This document shows, one piece after another, positions 12,597 through 24,957 of a DNA stretch of 64,000 nt (its first letter is position 1; each line of letters opens with the position of its first letter). The position numbers and the translations under genes were made by a program. The DNA is from Ginglymostoma cirratum. Lineage: Eukaryota. The stretch covers positions 24,141,601-24,205,600 of the forward strand of contig JAHRHZ010000035.1 in assembly GCA_024137785.1 (NCBI GenBank). The letters are read 5' to 3'. The notes beneath the pieces are model-generated. The model ran no database searches. It had not been told where the DNA came from and was given only the letters and a program-made list of their open reading frames with translations.

Positions 12597-12996
12597 ATAT
12601 TTGCTGTGGGATGTGGGTGTTGCTAGCTGGCTAGCATTTATTGCCTGTCCCTAGTTGTCCTTGAGCAGGTGGTGGTGAGCTGCCACCTTAAACCGCTGCA
12701 GCTCGCATCCTGTAGACCCTGGATGTCATTCAGGAGGTAATTCCAGTATTTTGACCCAGTGTTAGTGAAAGAATAGTGATATGTTTCCATGTCAGGATGG
12801 TGAGTGGCTTGGAGGGGAGCTCTCAGGTGGCGGAGTTCCCATGTATCTGTTAGGTGGAGGTGGTCGTGCATTTAGAAGGTGTTGTCTGTGAATCTTTGGT
12901 GAATTTCCGTGGTGTGTTTTGTAGGTAGTACACTTAGCTGTTACTGAATGTCAGTGGTAGAGAGAGTGGATTCTTGTGGATGTGGTGCCAATCAAA
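12597..12996 (-). mobile_element. CR1/L2-group LINE 3' part, inverted relative to 12405-12556
   Basis: Reverse complement of the same tail, extending to tggatgtggtgccaatcaa. Confidence 0.85.
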
Positions 12997-13344
12997 CACC
13001 CCTGGAGCAGCTGAGACTTGAACCCCAGTCTCCGGGCTCAGAGGTAAGGATGCAACCACTCTGCCACAAGAACTTTTTTCCTTTTTAGATGTTTTTGTTT
13101 CTGTTAACATGTCACACATGTTTCATTATCTAACTGTTCCAAGATGTTATGACACAGATCTGGAGCAGGTGGACTCAAACCTGGGTCTTCTGGCTCAAAA
13201 ATGGGGATACCGTCACAGTGTCACAAGAACCATCCTATTTAGATATATCGGAGCACAAGGGAGTGCACGTAATTAAAACTTATTGCCTAATCAATATGTA
13301 GTGAACTTACTGAATAAGTGTATTTCTGAGTTGGACATTAAAAA

Positions 13345-13550
13345 GGAAGAACTTGGATTTATGTAGTTTCTGTCAAGACTTAGCGTCATCCCTAAAATGC
13401 TTTATAGCCACTGAAGTATTTTGGAAGTATAGTAAATTATAGTGTGTGAAATGCAGTGGCCAACTTATAAACAGAAAACTCCCACAAACATCATTGATTA
13501 GATAATCTGTTTTAATGATGTTAATTTCAGAATAAATACTAAACAAGGTA
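13345..13550 (-). mobile_element. LF-SINE-like element, 3' half
   Basis: aaatgctttatagccactgaagtattttggaagt...ctcccacaaaca...gataatctgttttaatgatgtt matches the recalled LF-SINE 3' consensus in reverse. Confidence 0.65.
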
Positions 13551-13609
13551 TCTCATAATTAATTCGACTAAACTTTTGCTGCTGAGTGTATATTTAACTG
13601 ACATTCAAT

Positions 13610-13872
13610 ATTGAATGTCAAGAGGGAACAGCAAAGAGTTGTTTATTTGATGTTTCATAGAGGCCTGAATTGGAGGAGCACAGATACTTTGGAGGACTTT
13701 GGGGTGGAGGATACAATAGATTAGTAAGAGGTGAAACTGGGGAGGGATTTAAAAATGTGTATGAGAATTCTCAAATCAGGACATTGAACTTCATTGCTCA
13801 ATAGGGAATGATTGAACCAATGAGCACAGGGATGATGGAAAATTAGTTTGAGGGTTAAGACACGTGCAGAAG
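13610..13872 (-). mobile_element. L2 LINE 3' fragment
   Basis: gaattggaggagcacagat...ggagggatttaaaaatgtgtatgagaatt, typical of the L2 3' region in reverse. Confidence 0.6.
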
Positions 13873-13984
13873 TTTACAGGGGTTACTCTAGTTTCTGTGC
13901 CTTTTCTCTGAGTTGAACTGCCCTCAACATCATTACTATGTATGCCTTTCTCAACAGTGCTTGCTGACACAGTTGTATCTCATT

Positions 13985-14560
13985 CTTAAGATCATTAGCT
14001 GCTTTTGCTACAGTATATGCAGTTGTGATGGTATTTGCTTCAAGGAGAGGGTGCTGCTGATTTGGTGAGAATCCTTTTCATTTGACCAGAAAAAGACTTT
14101 CTCCGTGAACAGAGCGGATGGGATGCTGAGCAAATAAACACGCATCCATTTCTCACTACATTTATGTATCTTCACTGTGAGCAGCATTGATTGATCACAT
14201 TTGACTATAATCCTTTGAAATCCCATGGATCCCTAGCAATCCCTCCTCTACAGATGTACAGTAACTTGCACAGAAGTGTGTTTTTTTTCATAGATGGTTG
14301 GGATCTGAAATTTTTTCCACCCCAATTTTGTGGAAGCTTAGCCTTGTAAGAAGTGTGAGGATTTCAAATGGATACTTTAACTGTGATGTTTTTCTCATCC
14401 AATAACTTCTCGGTTTCGTCATTACATGTGTAATGACATTTGTGAATCTATCACTTTTTTCACATTGACTTTTTTTCAGTACATTCTCACCAACATTTCT
14501 CTCTGGTGCAATTTTTATTGGAAGCTCCTTACGTTTTATGTCAGTATGTTTTACTGTTCT
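13985..14560. promoter_or_regulatory. Candidate conserved non-coding element
   Basis: No recognisable repeat; TAAACA 14135, TGATTGAT 14188, CCTTTGAA 14212. Conservation not tested. Confidence 0.4.
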
Positions 14561-17454
14561 CTTATCTGTGTAAACCTCTCCCATGTTATTGTTTTGTTAA
14601 TCTCTGTGCCCTTTAAGCAGTGGTAGAACCAGAAAGTTCCAAACCATTTGTTGACATGGATAGAGTTGCTTATGGGGAATGGAAACCTATTACATATTGG
14701 TACAGACTTCAATTCATTCTCTTCCAAGCTGTCTGTCCTGTGAGATAATAGTTGTCCAAATTATAGATGCCTCTACTTGCTTTACAGGATGTTCAGTGTT
14801 TTATGTTAAATGCTAGTCTGTCCACCTAAAATTCATTTGTTGCGTCTATCATCTTTGAATCAGAAAACTGAGAATTTAAACTCACCTGCATGTCTTGAGT
14901 GCATTAGAATGCCCTGTATTCCTTCACCAACTGATAAATCACATTGCTTGGGGAACCTGCCATTTGCACATTTCCTTACAATGCAGTAGGCTGCTCTTTG
15001 TAAGTAAATAATTGACTCTGAAATACTCAGGGAAATTTTGAAAAAATTCCTACATAAATGTAAGTTTTTTTTTTTGTTTTTTTTTACTTCATCTTTTGTT
15101 GGATGTATTCTGTAATATGAGAATGTGAGGCCGAATGAAAAGAATTCTATTTTGCTCTTGACAATAAAACTGTAATCTGATCTCATTAGGTAATTCTTTT
15201 AATGTAAAAATAGTACAGCTCTTAAAGCATCTGTCAGTACCTCCGGACAATGACAGTTCACATCCACTTGTTTATCAGTTTGATAAAAATGCTGCTTGGC
15301 TAGACTTGAATGCAAATGTTTAATTCGTATGCAGATTTGATTAGAACAAAATGTTAAATTGTGCACCTCCTTTTTTATGACCCACTGTGTGTTCTGTCTT
15401 GAATTGTTTTGGTAAAAGTTTTAAACAGTAAATAACTACACACATGTTTTACAATGCATGCAAAAAGAAGCCCATTGTTTGCTGTTTACATTTCCACTGT
15501 TAACCATGTTCACCACATTCCTTCTAAAGGGATATAGAGTAACCTAGACAGTAACTGGCTCTGTAGAAGGTACTAGGTTTGACGGATTTTAGCATAATTG
15601 GTCTAACTATCAAGTGTGGCTTTCAGCATATTGTTTGGGATGTTGTTCAAAGATACTTGATCCATCCAACATGCTGTGTTCCAAACTCTATGTTCAGCAT
15701 TTAATGACAGTTTCATAAATTTGGACTTAGAAGTTAACTAATTCTTTTAGTAATACACTCTCCTGTGTAGTGCTCAAAGGTAAGATATTTCAAAAGTACC
15801 CTTTGTCTCTTAAACATGGCATTGAAAATGTTTGATGTCAGAACATTCAAATTGGTCTCTGTGCATCTTGCTGCTCCTCTGCCAGTTTAGATGGATTCTT
15901 TTTGTCCCTTCAGACTGTAGAAAAATGCACTGACTTCTGAAAAGCTGCTTTCATTTAGATACTCAAAATATCCTGGTTCAAATGAAGCTTTTAAGTTCTG
16001 ATTTGAGTATTGCAGAGCTAAAGATAAAATGCACTTTACTGAATTCCCACATTGTTTTGATTGCCACTTACTCGTGTGTTTTAGTTTTGCCCTTGTGTTT
16101 TATGCTTTCAAACTGTGGGTAAGTGGCAGTCTGGGAACAAACTTACAGTATAAAATCTCCTTGTCAGTGACTACATGAAGTTGTCTCTAGTGACATGAAT
16201 GCTGCCTACAGCTTCTTGTTCTTTTTGATGTCGCTGGAGAGGAACTTCATGATGCTACTGAAAATGAGATTGTATACAGCATGCCTGCTGCAAGGCTGCC
16301 TGTATAACAGCCAGTTAAAGACATAAAATTTGAGTGCTGTTTTTGTGGACATAACTTGTTCTCACTCAGTACTATTGAGAATTCCTGTAATATACGCTTG
16401 CTCATTTTAGTAAAGATAATTACAGATGGTATGAATGGCCCATTTGGAAGCCATCTGCAAACTTACTAGTAATTAAGCAAGGTGGCAATGTTTTGTAAGT
16501 GTTGACATTGCTGATTTCTCCAAAGCCTCAATTTTATATTGCCATCTTTCTGAAGCATAATGGCTGAGTGCTGCAGGAACCACCCCATTTATGACATTTG
16601 ACAGATTCTGCTTGACATGAAACGCACTTCTTTAAGAAGAACCATATGGTTGCTTTTCACTTGTGGTTTGCTGAGAAGAGGGCTAGCCATCGATTGTCCC
16701 ACTGGTGGCAAGAAAAAAATGACCCATGCAGCAGTAACACTAACAGTTGTTCTGTTTGGTACTCTTGCTTATGCTGGTTAATAAGCAACCTAGGACTCGT
16801 GAGCCTCAGTCCTACTATGGCAAACTGAAATTGAATCAAATTGATTTGATCATTTGTAGGTAAACCCCAGGAAAATAACCACAATCCTCTTTTAATGTCT
16901 GCTGAAGTGAGCCAGCAAGCCGCTAAGTTGCATACACAAGCAGTTCAAAAGGAAAGCCCATTTCCCTCATCACCTTGTTGGACTGCTATTGCTATTTACT
17001 CCTGAAGACCACTTATTTTTGTGAGATTTGTGATCAGTGGGCTATTAACCCTGGCTTGTTTATGCACTGTCGTGCCGTAGAATTTGAAAAGCAGCATCAA
17101 TGGTCTGTTGGTTGAATGCATCACAGTTACATTTGAAGCTAAATTATGTCGGGAAGCCCATGAGGAGCTGTTTGATGAAAATTATGGTAGGATTCATTGG
17201 ACAAAGATTTTTTTTTTTGTTATTGAAATGGAGTATTCCTACTCAGAGTTGAACATATACCAAATTTTATTTGGTATTCTGGCTGAACATCACTTCAATC
17301 TTCTGAGTAGTGATCTGGCACTTACATGCTAAACCTTTATAGCTATACACTTAATTCTGCTTGAGATTAAATTTTTTGTGAATAACACTACTTTTTATTA
17401 TTTTCAGAACGTGGGATTTTTCCTTGAGACCTAGAATTCAAGTTGGATGTTTAA

Positions 17455-18255
17455 AGCAGACAGGAATAGGAGTCGGCTATTGATCCCCTTGAACCTGTTT
17501 AACCACTAAATTAGGTCATAGGCAATCTTTACCTCTACTCCAATTGCCTGGCTTTTAATCATATTCTTCAATTATCATCTTAAAACCAACCCATCTACAG
17601 TTTGAAGGTTTCAGTGGCAACAAATGCTGGCCAGCCAGCGATGCTCACATCCCACGAGTGCACCATCCACAGCCTATTAGAGGAAAGGCTTCTGGATGTT
17701 TCCTAGTCTTTGCGTGCAAGTTTCTTGATTTCACTACTGGAAGACCCGGCTCTAATTTTAAAAGTACTGCCTTGTTCAGGATTCCTCTGCCAGAGGTTGT
17801 TTCTTGCAATGTACCCTGTCCTATCATAGAATCCCTACAGTGTGGAAACAGGCCCTTCAGCCCAACAGGTCCACACCGACCCTCAGAGCATCCCACCCAG
17901 ACACGTCCTCCTATAACACACCTAATCTACACATCCCTGAGCACTATGAGCAATTTAGCATGGCCAATCCACCTAGCCTGCGCATCTTTGGACTGTGGGA
18001 GGAAACCGGAACACCTGGAGGAAATCCACGCAGACACAGGGAGAATGTGCAAACTCTACACAGACGGTCGCCCAAGGGTGGAATCGAACGCGGGTCCCTG
18101 GCGCTGTGAGACAGCAGTGCTAACCACTAAGCCATCGTGCCACCCCAGTCGTTTTAACTTGTTAAATATCTCAGTTAGATCACATCTCAATCTTCTGTTC
18201 GTGAGAATACAATTCAAATTTATGCAACTTCTCTCTCCAAATTTAACTGTTTAAC
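17455..18255 (-). mobile_element. Old CR1 3' end interrupted by an HE1 SINE and a short LINE tail
   Basis: caggaataggagtcggctattgatccccttgaacctg start; CR1 sequence resumes on both sides of the SINE. Confidence 0.6.
17823..18146 (-). mobile_element. Full-length HE1 SINE (elasmobranch V-SINE)
   Basis: Minus strand: GGGTGGCACGATGGCTTAGTGGTTAGCACTGCTG (A box), GCGTTCGATTCC (B box), V-domain gagtttgcacattctccctgtgtctgcgtgg, CR1-derived tail gggcctgtttccacactgtagggattctatg. Confidence 0.93.
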
Positions 18256-19256
18256 ATCCAAAAGTCACTTGATACATTGCCATACAACAGACTTGTGAGC
18301 AGAGTTAAAGCTCATAGAATAAAGGGGACAGTAAAAATCATAAGGTATAAGAATCGTATGAAATAAGAACAGGAATAGGCCATTTGGTCCCTCGGGCCTA
18401 CTCCACCACGCACTAGGATCATGGCTGATCTGTCATTCCCCACGTCCACCTTCCTGCATTTTCCCTGTAACCCTTGATTCCCGTATTGATCAAGAAATTA
18501 TCTGCCTCAGTCTTCTGAGAGAAGGAATTCCTCCTCATTTCAGTCTTAAATTGGCACCTCTTTATTCTGAGACGACGTCCTCTGGACGTCGACCTTTTCC
18601 AAGATGGGAAACGTCCTCTCAGCATTTATCCAATCAAGCCCCTTAAGAATCCTATATGTCTCAATGAGATCACCTCATTCTTCTAAATTCCAGTAAGTAG
18701 AATTCCAACCTGTTTTACCTTTGCTCATAAGACAATCCCTCCATCTCGGGGATCATTCTATGAACCTTCTCTGAACTGTCCTCAGGGAGGCAATACCTTC
18801 CCTTAAATAAGGGGATCAAAGCTGCCTACAGTACTCCAGATGTGGTCTAACCATCATCTTGTTCAGTTGCTGTAAGAATTCCCTTCTCTTATTCTGTAAA
18901 CCCCTTGAAATAAAGACTGACATTCTATTAGCCCATCTGATGACCTGCTGCATCTGTATGTAAGGTTTTGTGTTTAGTGCACAAGTACCCCCAAGTTCCT
19001 TGGAAGTTTCTTTGCAGCTTTGTGTAGTTTTTCTCCATTTAAATAATGGTCTGTTCTTTTGTTCTCCTCCTTTTGAAAAAGAGGAACTTCACTTTACCCC
19101 ACATTATACTCCATTTGTCAACTTTTTGTTCACTCACTTAACCAGTCAGTAAACTGTTTGTATTTGTCTTGCAACTTGCCTTTCTACCCATTTTTTGTGT
19201 TGTCTGTAAAATTGACTACAGTGCATTTGCTTCCTTACTCCAAGTTTTCAATACAT

Positions 19257-19901
19257 TGTTATGGACCAGACCAATCCCCATCAAAATTATATTAAGAAGG
19301 TAACTTAGACCCTAACTTTGCTTATTTTAAAGGTAAGTGTAAGGCATTGTGTTCCAGATACAATTTGATTGGTCAAACTACTAATTTTAAGCAAAACACT
19401 CTTTAATTTAAGTATAGTATAAAAATACAGACAAAACAAAAACAAAAGAATTGGCTCAACTGTAACTCTATTGAAGATAATATAATAAGTAAAATAATAT
19501 ATCTATTAACTACGACTGACTAACTATTCCAAAATAGTAACATCCCATAAACGCACACTTGGCAAAGGCAAATTCAGTAAAACAGATTATCTCACATGCA
19601 ATTCTAACAGCAGGAAGAGAACCTCAGCTTTTAGCTGTAACAGAGAGAGGAATAAGAGTTTCCACATTCAGCTTCAAGACTCCAGCAACTGCTAATAGCA
19701 AAAGCTAAAGTCTCTGGTTCTATGGGAGCTTGACCCCACCCATTCAGGCTGCTTCTGTTCCAACTTTTAAAAAAGAACTCAAGACCTCACAAGCTGTTTA
19801 CTTTATTGGCTTTGAGTCGATCACTTGGTACCTGTGTCTCAACCTTTCTTCATTTTTAAAAAAAGACAATATATACCTCTTAAAGCCATTGTATCATCAC
19901 A
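19257..19901. mobile_element. Solo LTR, 645 bp
   Basis: Begins TGTTATG and ends CATCACA (6/7 inverted match, TG...CA). It interrupts CR1 sequence that is continuous on either side. TSD not clean. Confidence 0.8.
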
Positions 19902-20213
19902 CTTTATTGTAAACAGTCCCAGCACTAATTCCTCTGGAACCTCACTGGTTACATGTTGCCAAAAGAAGCCCCTTATCCTCACATGCTGTTTTTTGCCTAT
20001 TAGCCAATTGTCTATCCACGCCAGTACACTATCTTCAATATAATGAGTTCTTATGACTTAATCTTTTTCTGCCAGTAGATGTTGGGCAGATTGGCCTATA
20101 GTTACCAGCTTTTTGCATGCCTCCTTTTTTGAACAGAGATGCCACATGGCCATTTTCCAATCCTCCAGTACTTCTCCAGAATCCAAGAATTTTTGGACAA
20201 TGACAGTCAAGAC

Positions 20214-20380
20214 TTCCACCTTCTTCCTCAACCGAGGATTCCCCAACTCCGTTGTCGACAGGGCCCTCAACCAGGTCTGACCCATCTTCCGCACTTCTGC
20301 CCTCACCTGTTCTCTTCCCTCCCGCAACAGCGATATGGTTCCCCTTATCCAACCACCTTGAACAGGACTTCCACTGTCTC
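20214..20380 (+). mobile_element. Penelope-like element fragment (RT C-terminal region)
   Basis: Reads STFFLNRGFPNSVVDRALNQV*PIFRTSALT...RNSDMVPL. Confidence 0.8.
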
Positions 20381-20460
20381 TGTAGGAACTTTAGGATCTT
20401 AGGATGCAAGTATCAGGGCCAGGGATATATCTGCTTTTAGCCCCGTTAGTTTGTCACTAA

Positions 20461-21507
20461 TACAGTGGCAGCAAAATACAATATTGGCTGAGTGATGGGA
20501 AAGAGAGTAATGCTACGGGTATTTTTCAGGTGCAAGATTGTTTGACTTGGTGCTTCCTTGGGATTGGTATTGGGACCCATACTTTTCCTGATGTTTTCAA
20601 CCTTGGTGTACACGGGCCAGTTTCAAAGTTTGCACATGATACAAAACTTGGAAGCATTATAAACTGTGTGGAGAACTGTGTGAAGAAGTTCAAAAGGACA
20701 TTTGCGAGTTTGTGGAATCAGCTGATATTTGCCTGTTGAACATCAATGTGGAGAAGTGTGAGGTGGTACCTTTTGGTGGAAGGAAAATGGAAAGACAGTG
20801 TAAAATAAAACTACTGTTGTAAAACGTGTGCCAGAGCAGAGAGACCTGCACATATATATGCATAGAGAACTAAAGGTGGCAGGACAGGTAGAGAGAACAT
20901 ATATTAAAGCATACAGTATCCCAGACTTTGTTTATAGGGACAGAGAGTACAAAGCACTAGTCAGACCTTGGCTAGATTATTGTATACAATTTTGGGGGAA
21001 GTACATGAACACACTGGAAATTCTTCAGAAGAGATTTATGAGAAACGGTTCCACGGATGAGCAGCATCAGTTCTGAAGGTAGACTGAGGAAGTTGGGATT
21101 GTTTTCAGTGTAGCTGAGAAGGCTAAGAGGAGGTGTGATAGAAGTTTCAAAACTTTAAGGTGTCAAGAACGAGTGGATAAGGAGAAACTGTTCCCAGTTA
21201 TGAAGAATTTTAGGATGAGAGGACCTGGATTTAAAGTAATTCACAAAATAAGCCAATGCAATGTAAGGAAAAAAAAAAACTTGAGCAGCTGGGGTTTGGA
21301 ATGCATTTCTGGCAGTCTGGTGGAGGCAAGTGTGATCAAAGCATTTAAGAGGGCATCTGATGATTTGTTTCTATTCAAATAATGTGCAGGGAGGTTATGC
21401 AGAAAAGGCAGCAGAATGGCAATGTCTTAATGTTAATTCACAGAGTCAGTGCAGACATGATGAGCAGAATGGCAGCATCTTGACCAGTAACTATTTTGTG
21501 AACTCTG
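20461..21507 (+). mobile_element. CR1 LINE RT to 3' end; its upstream piece is at about 18263-18335
   Basis: SKFAHDTKLG (FADD motif), YKALVRPWLDYCIQFW and DKEKLFP remnants. Confidence 0.85.
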
Positions 21508-21667
21508 CTGTGCTGCCTTTGATATATATTCTTCCTAAGGGTTGGTTCCCAGAACTGAATGCGTTTTTCCAGATGGTCTGACCAAGATTGTATAACTGAA
21601 ACACCGTTTCCTCCTCTTCCTATTTCGATTCTTTGAGTCAGATACAGACATTCCATTAGATTTTTTT

Positions 21668-21865
21668 GTTCATTCATGAGATGAAGGCATTGCTAGATGG
21701 ACCAGCATTTGTTGTCCTTCCCTAAATTGCCTACAGGGCGGTACAGAGTCAACCATATTGCTGTGGATCTGGAGTCACATGTAGGCCAGACTGGGTAAGG
21801 ATGGCAGTTTCCTCCTTAAAGTACAATGGATTTGCAGTCATCCTTAGACTCTTTTTTTTTTTTCC

Positions 21866-21900
<35 letters not shown>

Positions 21901-22016
21901 TTGGATGCAGATTCCACCATCTGCCATGGCAGGATTCGAACCCGGGTTCCCTGAGCATTACCTGGGGTCCCTGGAATAACAGTCTAGTGATAATACCACT
22001 TGGCCATTACCTCCCC
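21668..22016 (-). mobile_element. tRNA-derived shark SINE with LINE-derived tail and expanded internal poly(A)
   Basis: Minus strand head GGGGAGGTAATGGCCAAGTGG...GGTTCGAATCC; tail shared with the 36590-37978 LINE; T-tract at 21852-21897. Confidence 0.85.
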
Positions 22017-23019
22017 AAATTAGTGATGTTAATTGGCTTTTGTATTTGCCCAACTTTTTGCATATGATTCCAGAGCTCTTCTCAGCTTAAATAAGTACTT
22101 CTGTAGTAAAGTCAAGTCACTCTAATTATGTCCACTCAAACGGGCAGACAGGGCCTCAGTCTAATATTAAGTACAAAAGGAGGTGTATCTAACAATGCTG
22201 AAGGACCACTCTCTATTAGATGTTTCAGTTTGAACCAACAACTGAACTTTTGACTTGTGTTAGTTCTACTGTAGGATCAAAACTAATACTGTCTGCCCAT
22301 TAAGTTGTCTCCCAGCAAAGATTAAAATTTTTTTGAAGATTTTATAATATTGCAGCCAAATTAAACTGCTCCCCCAGTTCAAATGGGTAATTTTTCTCTT
22401 TGATCTTTGTGTTGTTTTCTCTGACCTCTAAAGGTTACATGTTTCGGATCATTTTTCTTAAAATTTAATATTTTGTTTTTATTCAGTATTTTATTTTTAT
22501 TCAGTAATTCTTGTACTTTGCTTTTTGGAGGGTAGATTTGCCAGCTGCTAAGTCTGCTTTAATCTTCAACCAGTCGAAGCCTAGAACTTGTGATGTGACC
22601 TGCCTTTAATGCACCCAGATATGGTCTTTATACAATTTTTACATTGAAATACAATTAAGTTAGTTTCGGATGAGTTAACCTGTGCACAGTACTGCCAAAA
22701 CACTGAGGGCATTTCATATGCAGTTCATCAAGTACTAACGTGGTGAGATTAACACTCTTGATCTAATCTGCTTTTTTTAAAATTCAGAATGCATTGCAAC
22801 ACCATCTAGTATCTATTTTTGTTAATGTTGTTCATTCTTGTTTCTTTCTTAATTAAGTGCAAAAATTATTTAGTGTGTGAAAAGATTGTGAAAAGATTAT
22901 GAAAATCAGTGCACCATCACTTCTGATTTAGGTTTTTCAAACAAATCTAGTCTTATACTGAATTTCCAGAGTGTCAGCTAAATTTTAACTGTTTATACTT
23001 TCTTTAGATTAGAAACTTT

Positions 23020-23225
23020 TCATGAAATGGCAGTGCTTGAGATAGTATTTAGCTCACTCATAATTGTATGATGGGAATGCAAATGAGATTTATTAGTTTA
23101 ATGCGTTCACTGTCTCCATGGTTATGGAGCGGCAGTGTTGAGAATGTGTCACATTGCATCCGTGAATTTGGTAAGAGTGTCAAAACATGGCTTCAATTAG
23201 TTCCCTCTAATTATGGCTCTAGAGA
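23020..23225. promoter_or_regulatory. Candidate conserved non-coding enhancer
   Basis: ATGCAAAT 23077, X-box-like GTCTCCATGGTTAT 23112, TAATTA 23208. Conservation not tested. Confidence 0.4.
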
Positions 23226-24697
23226 TCTTGTAATAGTATAGATTCTTATTAAGAAACACTTACGGTGATATTTTGTGGATAAACAAGAAGAAATAACTTA
23301 GTGGTTGTAAAAATCTAAAATTAAATAACCTATATAAAGAAAATTTGTCCAGGTTATAAATGGAAAGCAAAATGAAAACCGAAAATGCTGGAAATACACA
23401 GGTTTGTCAGCATTTAGAAAGAGGAAGGATGAGCGAGGTTTCAGGTGTAGTTTTGTTTGGGAAGTCTAAACTTAGAAGATCAGTATGCTAATAGGTTCTT
23501 TGCAGCGTTTGTGTTTGCAGGGTTATAAGAGAAAGGAATGGGAGTAATTGGATTTCCCTTTTATTAGGCTGAATGGTTTGATGTGTGTTTTAGCTTAATG
23601 CGTGTAATACACATGATCTGTTTAAAGGTTTGATTTAAATACTTCATGAGTAATACTGGAGATAATGGAGCCGGTGATTTTTTTACTGCCTTTATTAAGC
23701 AGTAACATTGTGCATTGAAATGTAGGGAACAATTATGTCAGCAACTCCTATCCATCCAAAAGTGTAAAAAAAAGTGAAGTATTGTCCGTGTTGAACATAC
23801 TAGTTGAATTTACTGTTAATTTTTTACAGAAATAATACTATAGATACTGTACAGTCATTTAAAATACATTGATGAAGCATGATTTTATTTTCAAAATATC
23901 TTCTAATTCTGTCAGCTGCTTCATACAAACTCTTATAATTAAAGTCTTATCAGATTTGAGAGGCTAATGGATTAACTGGTATCAACACTGACCACAATGC
24001 GGAGAACTGAAAAGTTGATATATTTTGACACAAATTCTTTTGTACGCTGGCAAACAAGCAAAGCACTGCCTTAAAATTTGGTGTTGGCTTTTAAATTTAC
24101 ATCTATTGGCAGCAGTTTTCCAACAGCACAGATGCGTGACCAAATCATGTTGAAAACTCTGGTAATGTCACTTATGCTCAAGAAGTATTGTTTCCTTGAG
24201 ACGACAGGTCGGATGCCTTGGATGCATGGTTAAGTTGGGCTACTTGGTATGTATTTTCAACTTTTCACTGGATTGTAACCAGAAATTAACATTCTGGTTT
24301 ATTTACTTTTTGCTCTTTACCAGCTACCGAAATTGTGCTTCACAAATCTCCAGTTAGGGTGGTTAGATTACTTGATGTACATCCTCATTGATGAGCAACA
24401 TTGCATTAGATTCAGCTCTGCTTAGTGTTATCACAGTGATTCAAGATGGTACGTCAGAGTTAGGGGTCATGACAGTGTACAGAACAGAAATAGGATTTAT
24501 GCCTATTTTTGATGCCCTAATTGTACAATCTCTAGAGTACCTTATTCTCTCCCTCTAATTCAGATTTGCTACTATAAATAAATACAGTTTTTCTGAACAG
24601 TCATTTCATTGAATTGGAGCTTTTTATTGAGGGAAAGGGCTTTAGTAGAATCTGTTGGGCAGAGAGAAACGGAGGTAATGTTTTGAGTCCAGTAAAA

Positions 24698-24957
24698 CTC
24701 GGGCAGCTGTCTGTGTGGAGTTTGCACATTCTCCCTCTGTCTGCGTGGGTTTCCTCTGGGTACTCTGTTTTCCTCCCACGGTCTAAAGATGTGCAGGTTC
24801 GGTGAATTGGCCAAGCTAAATTGCCCTTAGTGTTCAGGGATGTGTAGCTTAGGTGGGTTATGGGGAATGGGTCTGGTGGGATGCTCCAAGGGTCAGTGTG
24901 GACTTGTTGGGCAGAAGGGTGTGTTTCCGCACTGTTCGGATTCTGTGATCCTATGAT
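24698..24957 (+). mobile_element. 5'-truncated HE1 SINE
   Basis: V-domain tgtgtggagtttgcacattctcc through the tail tgtttccgcactgt...ctatgat. Confidence 0.9.

Larger units (their letters stand above)
12325..13231 (-). repeat. Cluster of three same-orientation tRNA-derived short elements (about 12325-12387, 13000-13073, 13125-13231)
   Basis: Repeated ctggagcag(g)tgggacttgaac motif. The minus strand has A box TGGCAGAGTGG and B box GGTTCAAGTC but no full cloverleaf. Confidence 0.7.
18340..20460 (-). mobile_element. CR1 LINE (RT plus 3' UTR), split by an LTR and a Penelope fragment
   Basis: ORF-track remnants FLDSGEVLEDWK and LFKKGGMQKAGNYRPI, plus the 3' UTR aggaataggccatttggtccctcgg. Confidence 0.85.

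Noticed and set aside
17658-18254. Longest ORF in the track (198 aa)
   Set aside because: It runs across an antisense HE1 SINE and CR1 remnants; a chance open frame, not a gene.
21852-21897. Long T tract as a terminator or retrocopy tail
   Set aside because: It is the expanded internal A-rich linker of the minus-strand SINE.
21930-22016. tRNA-like sequences with A and B boxes (also 18080-18146, 31430-31502, 13000-13073)
   Set aside because: These are SINE heads attached to SINE bodies, with no complete cloverleaf.
22877-22906. gtgaaaagatt repeated about 2.5 times
   Set aside because: A simple slippage duplication with no spacers; not CRISPR-like.
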